DNA of 64,000 nucleotides from Acidobacteriota bacterium. GTDB taxonomy: Bacteria > Acidobacteriota > UBA6911 > RPQK01 > JAJDTT01. Numbering within the stretch: the stretch's first letter is position 1; every line of letters starts with the position of its first letter. Positions 17,422 to 26,398 of this stretch are shown in pieces. The stretch is taken from positions 5,472,001-5,536,000 of the forward strand of contig OZ242374.1 in NCBI GenBank assembly GCA_965209055.1, written 5' to 3'. Both the position numbers and the translations under genes were made by a program. A model generated the notes under the pieces. The model saw only the letters and a program-made list of their open reading frames with translations. It was not told where the DNA came from and made no database searches.

Positions 17422-18882
17422 ATGCCAGAGAAACGCCCCAACGTGCTGCTCATCTGCGTGGACCACTGGTCCGGACTCTTCACACGCCCGGCCGGGCATC
17501 CGGTGGTCATGACTCCCACCATCGCACAGATGGCCCGTAACGGCGTCCACTTCGACCGTGCCTATTCGGCTTGCCCCGTCTGCATTCCCGCCCGGCGCAG
17601 CCTGATGACGGGCCTTTCGCCGCAATGCCACGGGGACCGGATCTTCAACGAATACATGGAGATGCCCGACCCGGAAACGGTGCCGACGCTGCCCGGCCTC
17701 TTCCGGGAGGCCGGCTATCAAGCCCATGCCGTCGGCAAGCTCCATGTCTATCCCCAGCGCGACCGGATCGGCTTCGACGAGGTGATCCTCAACGAGGAAG
17801 GGCGCCACCATCTGGATGACGGATACGCCGACGACTGGGAGCTCTACCTGGCCGACCAGGGCTATCCGGGGCAGGAGTACGCCGGCGGGCTCAGCAACAA
17901 CGACTACGTCACCCGTTCCTGGCACCTGCCCGAACACTGCCACCCCACCAACTGGGCGGCGGCGCAGATGTGCCGCACGATCCGGCGCCGTGACCCCAGG
18001 AAACCCGCCTTCTGGTATCTCTCCTTCGTGGGTCCGCACCCGCCCGTCTGGCCTTTGGCCGCGTATCTGGACCTCTACCGCAATCTGCCACTGGACCCGA
18101 CGATCCGGGGCGACTGGTCCCGGTCGTTCGAGGACCTGCCCTACAGCATCAAGCCCTACATGGACCAGTTCTGCACGCGCCTGGCCACTCCGGGCGAGAT
18201 CGACCTGGCGAGAAGGGCCTTTTACGCCACCATCACCCACATCGATCACCAGATCCGAATGGTTCTGGGAACGCTGCGCGAAGAGGGGCTGTCAGAGAAC
18301 ACCATCCTGGCCTTCACCGCGGATCATGGCGACATGCTGGGAGACCACCAGATGTGGGCCAAGGGAGTCATGTACGAGAAGTCGGCCCGCGTTCCCCTCA
18401 TCATCGTGCCTGCGGCCGGTGACGAGCGATTCCCGCCGGGCAGCCGTGACCACCGCTTGGCGGAACTCCGAGACCTGATGCCGACGCTGCTGGACCTCTG
18501 CGGCCTCGAGCCTCCCGGCTCCCTCGACGGAATCTCTCTGGCCGGCGACGCGGACCGTGACCATCTCTACGGCGAATTCCGGGAGGGTCCGGAGTCGACC
18601 CGCATGATCCGCGACCGGCGCTACAAGCTCATCTACTATCCGGTCGGCAACGTCTTCCAGTTGTTCGACCTGGACCGGGACCCCCTGGAACAGCGGAATC
18701 TGGCAGGGCATGACTCCCTGCGGGAGGTTCAGGACCGTCTGGCGGGGCTGTTGGCGGACCATCTCTACGGCTCGGACCTGGAGTGGGTCCGGGAGGGCCG
18801 TCTGGTGGGGCTGCCTGACCGGGAATACGTCCGCAAGGCGAACCGGGGCCTGGGCGCCCAGAGAGGCTGGCGGTTCCTTTGA
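17422..18882 (+). CDS. Sulfatase-like hydrolase (choline-sulfatase-like, cytoplasmic), tandem copy 2
   Basis: PNVLLICVDHW, CIPARR, VGKLH, GPHPP, DHGDMLGDHQMWAKG; 486 aa; about 89% identical to copy 1 by manual count. Confidence 0.92.
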   Translation: MPEKRPNVLLICVDHWSGLFTRPAGHPVVMTPTIAQMARNGVHFDRAYSACPVCIPARRSLMTGLSPQCHGDRIFNEYMEMPDPETVPTLPGLFREAGYQAHAVGKLHVYPQRDRIGFDEVILNEEGRHHLDDGYADDWELYLADQGYPGQEYAGGLSNNDYVTRSWHLPEHCHPTNWAAAQMCRTIRRRDPRKPAFWYLSFVGPHPPVWPLAAYLDLYRNLPLDPTIRGDWSRSFEDLPYSIKPYMDQFCTRLATPGEIDLARRAFYATITHIDHQIRMVLGTLREEGLSENTILAFTADHGDMLGDHQMWAKGVMYEKSARVPLIIVPAAGDERFPPGSRDHRLAELRDLMPTLLDLCGLEPPGSLDGISLAGDADRDHLYGEFREGPESTRMIRDRRYKLIYYPVGNVFQLFDLDRDPLEQRNLAGHDSLREVQDRLAGLLADHLYGSDLEWVREGRLVGLPDREYVRKANRGLGAQRGWRFL

Positions 18883-18901
18883 CGCCGGACCCGGAGATCT
18901 C

Positions 18902-20206
18902 ATGAAATCCGGAAGCGGGATCCGGACCTCCTCCATTTTGATGCTGGCGGCGGCGACGTCGCTGCTTCTGCCGGCCCAGGAACGGGAGCCCAACTACGAC
19001 GAGGAGAAGGTGCCCTCCTACGTCCTCCCCGATCCCCTGGTGACGCAGGACGGCCGCCGGGTCAAGACCGCCAGGGACTGGCGGGAGATCCGCCGTCCCG
19101 AGATCCTGGAGCTCTTCCGCTCCCAGATGTACGGGCGCCGTCCCGGACCGCCCCGGGAACTGAGATCCCGGGTCACCTCCGTGGATACTCGTGCCCTGGG
19201 CGGCACAGCCGTCCGAAAAGAGGTCTCCCTATACTTCAGTCCGGAGCAAGACCTCCCCCGGATGGATCTCCTGATCTACCTGCCGGCATCCGCTTCCGAT
19301 CCGGTCCCGGCGTTCCTGGGTCTCAATTTTGGCGGGAACCATTCCATCCATCCGGACCCCGGCATCGCCCTGCCCGAGACCTGGATGCGCCCTTCCCGGG
19401 TGGAAGGTGCGGTGGTAAAGAACCGGGCCACGGAGAGGGGCCGCGGAACATTGGCCCGCCGCTGGCCGGTGGAGAAGATTCTGGGCCGCGGCTACGCCCT
19501 GGTGACGGCCTACTACGGGGACATCGATCCCGACTACCACGACGACTTCCAAAACGGGGTTCACTCCCTATTCTACCGGCCGGGACAGACTCGGCCCGAC
19601 GCGGACGAGTGGGGGGCCATCGCCGCCTGGGCCTGGGGATTGAGCCGGGCCCTGGACTACCTGGAAACCGATCCGGGCATCGACCCGGCCAAGGTGGCGG
19701 TGCTGGGCCACTCCCGGCTGGGCAAGACCGCCCTCTGGGCCGGCGCCGAGGACGAGCGATTCGCCCTGGTCATCTCCAACAATTCCGGTTGCGGCGGCGC
19801 GGCCCTGAGCCGCCGCCGCTTCGGAGAGACCGTGGAGAGAATCAACCGCGTCTTTCCCCACTGGTTCTGCGGGAACTTCAAGCAATACGGCGACCACGAG
19901 GAGAGGCTCCCGATGGACCAGCACCTGCTGGTGGCCCTGATGGCTCCCCGTCCGGTCTACGTGGCCAGCGCGGTGGAGGACCGATGGGCGGATCCGAGAG
20001 GCGAGCACCTGTCGGCCCGGCACGCGAGCCCCGTCTACGCGCTGCTGGGGCTGCCCGGCCTGCCCGGGGACTCCATGCCCGGCGTGAACCAACCCCTCAC
20101 GGGCACCATCGGCTACCACGTCCGGAGCGGCCGCCACGACGTGACCGGCTACGACTGGGACCGGTATCTGGATTTTGCCGACCGGCACCTGCGCAAGGGC
20201 CGTTAG
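18902..20206 (+). CDS. CE15-like (glucuronoyl esterase / acetylxylan esterase-like) alpha/beta hydrolase, secreted
   Basis: Signal peptide; NYDEEKVPSYVLPDPL; WGAIAAWAWGLSRALDYL; GHSRLGK (catalytic Ser-Arg); SGCGG; FPHWF; WADPRGE; GRHDVT. Confidence 0.9.
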   Translation: MKSGSGIRTSSILMLAAATSLLLPAQEREPNYDEEKVPSYVLPDPLVTQDGRRVKTARDWREIRRPEILELFRSQMYGRRPGPPRELRSRVTSVDTRALGGTAVRKEVSLYFSPEQDLPRMDLLIYLPASASDPVPAFLGLNFGGNHSIHPDPGIALPETWMRPSRVEGAVVKNRATERGRGTLARRWPVEKILGRGYALVTAYYGDIDPDYHDDFQNGVHSLFYRPGQTRPDADEWGAIAAWAWGLSRALDYLETDPGIDPAKVAVLGHSRLGKTALWAGAEDERFALVISNNSGCGGAALSRRRFGETVERINRVFPHWFCGNFKQYGDHEERLPMDQHLLVALMAPRPVYVASAVEDRWADPRGEHLSARHASPVYALLGLPGLPGDSMPGVNQPLTGTIGYHVRSGRHDVTGYDWDRYLDFADRHLRKGR

Positions 20207-20928
20207 CCCGACATGGCCGGGACCCGGACCAGCCGGTCCTCCTCCTGGCACCACGCCGTCAGCTCGCCTCCGTAGACGCACCCCGAATCGAGGCCCATGG
20301 TGAGGCCGCCGCGGTAGAACCCCCGCGCCGCCCAGTGCCCATGGACCACCAGGGCGTTTCCCCGGTAGAAGCTGTCCCATGGCTGGTAAGGCGGCGTGCA
20401 GCCGGCGGGGGGGCCGCTGTACTTCAGGGGATGACCCTCGGCGGTGCAGCAGCGGACCGACGTGGCGAACCGGACCCGGTCGCTCCGGAGCCAGGCGTCG
20501 TCGTGAGGCGCCGCGTTGAGCCTGCGCGCCACATCCGGCAGGTCGTTCCATGTGGGCTTCAGGCCGGCGTGCACGATCCACGCCCCGGGTCCTCCGCCCG
20601 GCGACGGGAGATGCACCAGCACCGGACAGGCTCTCAGCCGGGCCATATGTTCGTCGACGTCAGGTGCGGCAAACAGTGCCCGGAGAGACTTGGGCGGCTC
20701 GGGCCGGACTCCCGAGAAGGCGAGCAGGGCGTGAATCTCGTGGTTTCCCAGGAGCGAGCGCCCGCCGATGTCCGACCAGATCCTCAGGGTGGCCAGCGAG
20801 TCGGGTCCCCGGTTGATCAGGTCGCCAAGGCACCACAACTGGTCCCGTTTCGGATCGAAACGGATAACCGAGAGGAGTTTTTCGAACTCCCGGGCGCAAC
20901 CTTGAACATCGCCTACGACCCAGCGCAC
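20203..20928 (-). CDS. apaH: Symmetrical bis(5'-nucleosyl)-tetraphosphatase-like metallophosphoesterase
   Basis: VGDVQGC, LGDLINRGPDS, LGNHE, VHAG, HGHWAA, LDSGCVYGG. Confidence 0.82.
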   Translation of the reverse strand: MRWVVGDVQGCAREFEKLLSVIRFDPKRDQLWCLGDLINRGPDSLATLRIWSDIGGRSLLGNHEIHALLAFSGVRPEPPKSLRALFAAPDVDEHMARLRACPVLVHLPSPGGGPGAWIVHAGLKPTWNDLPDVARRLNAAPHDDAWLRSDRVRFATSVRCCTAEGHPLKYSGPPAGCTPPYQPWDSFYRGNALVVHGHWAARGFYRGGLTMGLDSGCVYGGELTAWCQEEDRLVRVPAMSG

Positions 20929-20955
20929 GACACCTCCCCGGTCACTAAGGAGTGT

Positions 20956-23900
20956 TTACCGCACCGGAAAACGGCCGCACCAATCCCGGGCGTTCTGGAA
21001 GAGCCGGAGCCACGGGGAAACTTCCAGGCGATCCTTCCAATCCTGGGGCATCCAGCCCCATTGCCACTTGAGGGAGGTTCGCTCCGGATGGGGCATCATG
21101 GCCAGGTGGCGGCCGTCGGGGGAGCAGAGCGCGGCGATTCCATCCGCCGAGCCGTTGGGATTGAGGGGGTAGTCGCCGGTGACCCGGCCCGAGTCGTCCA
21201 CGTAGCGGATGGGCGCCAGGCGCCGTTCCCGGATTCGGGCCAGCGTCGACTCCTGAGGAAAGAACGCCCGCCCCTCCCCGTGGCTCACCCAGATGCCCAG
21301 AACGGATCCGGCCATCCCCTTCAACATCACCGCGGGACTCTCCTGGATGCGGACCGTGGAGAAACGGGACTCGAAGCGTCCCGACCGGTTGCGAACAAAA
21401 CGGGGCTGAATCGAAGTCTCGATTCCCCGCCACGGGATCCAGCCCAGCAGGGCCATGAGCTGACAGCCGTTGCACACTCCGAGGCTGAAGCTGTCGGGAC
21501 GATGATAGAAGCGCTCGAACTGTTCCCAGAGTCCGGGGTTGAACCGGATGACCCCGGCCCAACCCTTGGCCGAGTCCAGGACATCCGCGTAGCTGAAGCC
21601 CCCGACGAAGGCGACACCGCGAAACGAGGAGAGTTGGACGGAGCCGGAGAGCAGGTCGGACATGGTCACGTCCCAGGCCTCGAATCCGGCCAGATGGAAG
21701 GCGGACGCCATCTCCCGATCCCCGTTGCTTCCCTCTTCCCGCAAGATGGCCACCTTGGGAAGTCCTTCTCCCGCGAGCCGGTCCGGCGCGGTTGCCCGGG
21801 GAGTGAAGGAGAGAGCGTAGGCCGGCGTCCGCCTTCGCTTGAGGGAACGGCGCTCCTGACGGACGCAGTCCGGATCGGCTTGCAGCAGCTCGATCCGGTA
21901 GCTGGTCTCCTCCCAAAGGTCCCTGAGCTCCCGGACGTCGCCTTCCAGGACGACGCCCCCCTCCACCCGGATCTCCACCCGGGGTCCCGTCAGCGTGCGG
22001 CCAATCGTCCGGACGGGGATGTCCGCACCCTGCAGGATCCGGCGAACCCGCGCCTCCGCGTCGGCGCTCACCTCAATGACCAGTCCCAACTCCTCCGAGA
22101 ACAGAAGGGGAAGAACTTCGCCTCTTTCGGAACCTTCCAGATCCACCTCGACGCCGCAGTCCCCCGCGAAGGCCATCTCCAGGATCGTCGTGAGCAGTCC
22201 GCCTTCGCTCCGGTCGTGGCCGCTGGCGAGGAGCTTCTTTCCAATCAGCGTCTGGACCGCCTCGAAGGCCCGGCCCAGGAGCCGGGTGTCCTCCAAGTCG
22301 GGAGGTTCGTCTCCCAACTGTCCGTACACTTGCGCCAGAGCCGAGCCTCCGAGCCGGTTCCGGCCCTTCGCCAGGTCCAGGAACAGGAGCCGCCCCTGCC
22401 CCGGCAGCTTCAGGTCGGGGGTGACGGTCCCGTCGATGTCGGGGCAAGTGACGTAGGCGGACAGGACCAGCGCGCCCGGCGCCTTCACCGTCTCCTCCCG
22501 GCCCGAATCGCCCAGCGGCGCCAAGGCCGCCATGGAAAGGCTGTCCTTGCCTCCATCCACGGCGACTCCCAGTTCCAGGAGCGCGTCCCGCAATGCCGCC
22601 GCGGCGGCGTAGACCCGGGCTCCCTCCCCCGGGAGCTTGGCCGGCCACATCCAATTGCCCGAGCACTTCACGTCCTGGAGATGACTCACCGGAGCCCAGA
22701 CCAGGTTGGTCAGGGCCTCGGCCAAGGACATCCGGGCCATGGCGCCGGGATCCAGCAACCCCAGAATCGGCTTTTCTCCGATGGCGGTGGCGGCGCCGGT
22801 GGACCCGAAGTGGCTCTGTGCGATGACCGCAACGTCGGAGAGCGTCAACTGGAGGGGACCGACGCACTGTTGCCGGGCGACCAGACCGGTCACGCTGCGG
22901 TCCACCTTGTTGGTCAGGAACCGCTTGGACCCCACCGAAACCAGACGAAGGACCCGCTCCAGCGCCTCCCGGACCGACGCGGAGCCGGGCAGCCGGAGCG
23001 GCGTCGATTGCGGCGGCACCCGCTCGAGATGGAAGACCTTTCGCGGCATGGATCCCAACACCTGCTCCAACTCCAGGTCCACCGGAGTCGATCCGTCCCG
23101 CTCGTCGAAAAGGACGATCCGCCCGTCGCCCGTGACCCGTCCCACGAAGGCGGCCGGCACCTTCTCCCGCCGGCAGAGATCGAGAAACACTCCTGAGTCG
23201 GCCGGTCTCAGCAACAGGGCGTCCTGCTCCTGGTATTCGGCCACCCAGATCTCCAGAACCGACAGGGTGTCGTCTCCAACGGGGATCTTTCGTAGCTCGA
23301 TTCTGGCCCCGGCCGGTTCGGCAATCTCCTTGAGCACGTTGCAGTTTCCGCCGGCGCCCTGGTCGTGGATGCTGACGATGGGGTTCCCTTCCCCCATCTC
23401 CACGCAGGCGCGGATCACCCGGTTGACCTTCTGCTCCATCTCGGCGTCGCCGCGCTGGACGGCGTTGAAGTCCAGCTCGGCCACGTTCTCCCCCTGCACC
23501 ATGCTGGAAGCGGCTCCCCCGCCCAGACCGATGCGATAGGCGGGACCTCCGATCTTGACCACCCACATCCCTGCTTCGGGCACTTCCTTGCGCAGGTGGC
23601 GGGCGTCGATCTGGCCGATTCCCCCGGTGAACATGATGGGCTTGATCCACTCGCGCCGCTCGCCGTCCGGCAACCGCAGACCGAAAGAGCGGGTAAAGCC
23701 CTGGATCAGCGGTTCTCCGAACTTGTTGCCGTAGTCGGAGGCGCCGTCGCTGGCCTCGATCTCGATCTGCAGGGGAGAGGCCAGGTTCTCGGGATATCGG
23801 AAATCGCTCTCCTCCCAGGGCAGCTCGTACCCGGGAATACGCAGGTTGCCCACACAGTAGGCGGCCGTGCCGGCCACCACCAGGGACCCCTTCCCGGTGG

Positions 23901-24888
23901 CGTGGACGTCCCGGATGCGCCCGCCGGTCCCGGTCTCCGCTCCGGGAAAGGGAGCGACGCCGGACGGGAAGTTGTGGGTCTCGGCGGTGAAAATGATGTC
24001 GTGGTCCACCTGGGAGGAGATCATCGGTCCCGCATGGCCCGGCTCCGAGGGCAGCAGGGTCTCGATCCGGTATCCGCGAATCGCGCTTGAGTTGTCACGA
24101 AAAGCGATCACGCTGTTGCGGGGATTGGCCTCCATCGGCTCCTGGATCAGTTCCAGCAGCGACGACGCCTGCTCCTGTCCGCCGATGACCATCCGGCCCT
24201 TGAAGAACCAGTGACGGGAGTGCTCGCTGTTGGACTGGGCGATGTCGAAGCACTCCACGTCGGTGGGGTCGCGGCCCAGCCGCCGAGCGAACAGATCGGT
24301 GTAATAGTCCAGGTCCCAGTCGTCGAAGGCGAGACCGGCCTCCTGGTTCAGCCGCTCCAGGGCGGCTCTGCCCTCCTGAAGAATCGGGACCCGAAAGCTG
24401 GCCTCGGGGCGGACCGCCCCGTTGAACGACGTGAGGGGCGCGTCATAGGGGCACTCGGTCATCCGGTCGTGGACCAGCGCCAGAAAGCGGCTCCGCTGGC
24501 GGCTCGAGAGCCGGTTCGCTCCTCTCAGAAGGTATCGCCGGGATCGTTCGATCCGGGTGACCTCCTCCAGACCGCAGGAATGGCAGACGGCGACGGCATT
24601 GGTGCACCAGGCCGTCTTGAAGCTCAAGCGGGGTCCCACCTCAAGGCACGTTCCCTCGCCGGAGAGAAAGGACCGTGCACCGAATCTTTCCGGCTCGAAG
24701 GTCTCGCCCAGGAGCCAGGACAAGAGCTTCTTTCCTTCTTCCGTCAGCCGGCCGGCAGCTTCCACGTAGAAGCAGTACTCGGTTTCGATCCCGGCGATCT
24801 CCAGGCCCAGCGCCGCGCGGACCTTCCGGACCAACTCTCTCTCGTTTGCTTCGGAGAGCACCGGTGTCCGGTAGAACTGAGTCAGCAC
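20956..24888 (-). CDS. purL: Phosphoribosylformylglycinamidine synthase, large single-chain form
   Basis: 1310 aa; QSNSEHSRH, ETHNFP, SIHDQGAGG, FLTNKVDRSV, GGKDSLSM; glutaminase domain GVCNGCQ and MMPHPER. Confidence 0.97.
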   Translation of the reverse strand: MLTQFYRTPVLSEANERELVRKVRAALGLEIAGIETEYCFYVEAAGRLTEEGKKLLSWLLGETFEPERFGARSFLSGEGTCLEVGPRLSFKTAWCTNAVAVCHSCGLEEVTRIERSRRYLLRGANRLSSRQRSRFLALVHDRMTECPYDAPLTSFNGAVRPEASFRVPILQEGRAALERLNQEAGLAFDDWDLDYYTDLFARRLGRDPTDVECFDIAQSNSEHSRHWFFKGRMVIGGQEQASSLLELIQEPMEANPRNSVIAFRDNSSAIRGYRIETLLPSEPGHAGPMISSQVDHDIIFTAETHNFPSGVAPFPGAETGTGGRIRDVHATGKGSLVVAGTAAYCVGNLRIPGYELPWEESDFRYPENLASPLQIEIEASDGASDYGNKFGEPLIQGFTRSFGLRLPDGERREWIKPIMFTGGIGQIDARHLRKEVPEAGMWVVKIGGPAYRIGLGGGAASSMVQGENVAELDFNAVQRGDAEMEQKVNRVIRACVEMGEGNPIVSIHDQGAGGNCNVLKEIAEPAGARIELRKIPVGDDTLSVLEIWVAEYQEQDALLLRPADSGVFLDLCRREKVPAAFVGRVTGDGRIVLFDERDGSTPVDLELEQVLGSMPRKVFHLERVPPQSTPLRLPGSASVREALERVLRLVSVGSKRFLTNKVDRSVTGLVARQQCVGPLQLTLSDVAVIAQSHFGSTGAATAIGEKPILGLLDPGAMARMSLAEALTNLVWAPVSHLQDVKCSGNWMWPAKLPGEGARVYAAAAALRDALLELGVAVDGGKDSLSMAALAPLGDSGREETVKAPGALVLSAYVTCPDIDGTVTPDLKLPGQGRLLFLDLAKGRNRLGGSALAQVYGQLGDEPPDLEDTRLLGRAFEAVQTLIGKKLLASGHDRSEGGLLTTILEMAFAGDCGVEVDLEGSERGEVLPLLFSEELGLVIEVSADAEARVRRILQGADIPVRTIGRTLTGPRVEIRVEGGVVLEGDVRELRDLWEETSYRIELLQADPDCVRQERRSLKRRRTPAYALSFTPRATAPDRLAGEGLPKVAILREEGSNGDREMASAFHLAGFEAWDVTMSDLLSGSVQLSSFRGVAFVGGFSYADVLDSAKGWAGVIRFNPGLWEQFERFYHRPDSFSLGVCNGCQLMALLGWIPWRGIETSIQPRFVRNRSGRFESRFSTVRIQESPAVMLKGMAGSVLGIWVSHGEGRAFFPQESTLARIRERRLAPIRYVDDSGRVTGDYPLNPNGSADGIAALCSPDGRHLAMMPHPERTSLKWQWGWMPQDWKDRLEVSPWLRLFQNARDWCGRFPVR

Positions 24889-24995
24889 GAATCCTCCCTC
24901 CGGACCCTATTGTAGCCCTCCCCTCCCGACATGAAGAGGGGGGACGGAGAAAATGGCGCAGCCGGGTTCGTAGTAGACTGGCCGGGAGAATTTTC

Positions 24996-25349
24996 ATGTC
25001 GGAAAAGGATGACCTGGTCGTCATCTTCGCCGGAAGCGTCTTCGACGCGACCCTGGTCAAGAACCTGTTGGAGGGGGCGCAGATCGAAGCCTGCCTGCTG
25101 GACGAGCAGATGGGACGCCTGATCCCCTTCTACCTCTCCGCAATGAGTGCGGGAGCGGTCAAGGTGGCCGTGCGGCCGTCCGATGCGGAGGAAGCGAGGA
25201 TCGTGTTGTCCGCCACCGGCGAGCCCGTGCCCGGGGAGGACGGAACCTGGGACTGTCCCGGTTGCGGCGAGGCCATCGAGGCCCAGTTCGGGGCCTGTTG
25301 GAAGTGCCAGGCGCCCCGTCCCGAGGAAAATCCATCGACTCCCGTCTGA
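24996..25349 (+). CDS. DUF2007 domain protein with a C-terminal zinc ribbon
   Basis: DATLVKNLLEGAQIEA...VKVAVRPSDAEEAR (DUF2007-like); WDCPGCGE...FGACWKC. Confidence 0.8.
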   Translation: MSEKDDLVVIFAGSVFDATLVKNLLEGAQIEACLLDEQMGRLIPFYLSAMSAGAVKVAVRPSDAEEARIVLSATGEPVPGEDGTWDCPGCGEAIEAQFGACWKCQAPRPEENPSTPV

Positions 25350-25490
25350 CGGATACTCTGGCCAAGCGGACGTCCACCTCTCCCCGGCGCCAAGAATTCG
25401 TATAGGAAGAGTCGAAGACCAGGAAGATCTCTCCCGGTTTCATCTCCAACAAGGGAAAACCGGGACAAAGGTGACAGTTCTGACTTGACG

Positions 25491-25534
25491 TTGACGAAAC
25501 GCATTCTTCCGTTTAATATGACCAAATTAGTCAT
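25491..25534 (+). promoter_or_regulatory. Toxin-antitoxin promoter with palindromic operator
   Basis: TTGACG (25491-25496), 17 nt, TAATAT (25514-25519); near-perfect palindrome ATGACCAAATTAGTCAT (25518-25534) over the -10 and start region. Confidence 0.65.
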
Positions 25535-25847
25535 GAACAAAAAGAATCTCGCAAACTACCTTGATCAGACCGGGCAGGCCGGTTCGACGTGGCTTCACGG
25601 GTGGAAGTTGGGAGAGGCCAAAGCCAAATTCAGCCACGTCGTCCGCCTCGCTGCCTCCGGCCAGCCGCAACGTGTGACGGTTCGCGGCAAGGATGCGGTC
25701 GTCATCGTCGCGGCGGACGAGTACGAACGCCTCCGTGCCCGAGCTACGTCGGAGAGCCTTCACGAATTATTGTGTCAATCCCCTTTGAACCGCTTGGATT
25801 TCGACGTGGAAGGCGTGCAGAGTCCGGTCCGAGAGGTCGAGTTGTGA
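25533..25847 (+). CDS. Phd/YefM family antitoxin
   Basis: WKLGEAKAKFSHVVRLA...PQRVTVRGKDAVVIV; its TGA overlaps the GTG of the toxin. Start may be 25518. Confidence 0.9.
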   Translation: MNKKNLANYLDQTGQAGSTWLHGWKLGEAKAKFSHVVRLAASGQPQRVTVRGKDAVVIVAADEYERLRARATSESLHELLCQSPLNRLDFDVEGVQSPVREVEL

Positions 25848-26269
25848 CTGGATGGCTGCTCGACACCAATGTCGTGTCCGAGTTGCGCAAGACCCGGCCC
25901 AACCGGCGTGTGAAGGAATGGTCTGACGCCCGGACCGCGGACGCCTTCTTTCTGAGCACCATCACGCTTGCCGAGATCCGGTTCGGGATCGAGCGTCAGA
26001 TAGACCCCAGGTTTCGCCGGGAGCTCAAGAACTGGCTCGACCACCGGCTGAGACCCTGGTTTGCGGGACGCATTCTGCCGGTGGACGAGGAGGTGATCCT
26101 GGAATGGCGCCGCATGATCGCGCGCGGGAAAGAGAGGGCGGTGACCTTCAGCCAACCCGATCTCTTCATCGCCGCAACCGCCAAGGTGCATTCCCTGACG
26201 CTCTGCACGCGCAACGAGAAGGATTTCCGCGGGGCGAACATCCCGGTCTTTAACCCCTGGTCAGGGTGA
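25844..26269 (+). CDS. vapC: VapC (PIN domain) toxin
   Basis: LLDTNVVSE, TLAEI, DLFIAATA, TRNEKDF, FNPW. Confidence 0.93.
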   Translation: MTGWLLDTNVVSELRKTRPNRRVKEWSDARTADAFFLSTITLAEIRFGIERQIDPRFRRELKNWLDHRLRPWFAGRILPVDEEVILEWRRMIARGKERAVTFSQPDLFIAATAKVHSLTLCTRNEKDFRGANIPVFNPWSG

Positions 26270-26398
26270 ATTGCGTAAAAATGCCGGTTTGAAACCCGCT
26301 CGCGGCTCGCAGCTTTCCTTAAGAATCGTCGGGTTTCGGACATGAGGACAGTTTCGCTCGGTTCGTGACCGCCCCTGGGACGCGCGGAGAACCTCCGC

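Larger units (their letters stand above)
15836..18884 (+). repeat. Tandem gene duplication, period 1545 bp
   Basis: ATGs at 15877 and 17422 and stops at 17337 and 18882; colinear and gap-free; similarity runs from about 40 nt upstream of the ATG to TTTGACG just past the stop. Confidence 0.95.

Noticed and set aside
19609-23196. Very long alternative-frame ORFs (e.g. 1195 aa at 19609-23196, 826 aa at 54515-56995, 760 aa at 36207-38489, 742 aa at 39071-41299)
   Set aside because: They are shadows of well-supported genes. Stop codons are scarce in GC-rich DNA and the translations have no motifs.
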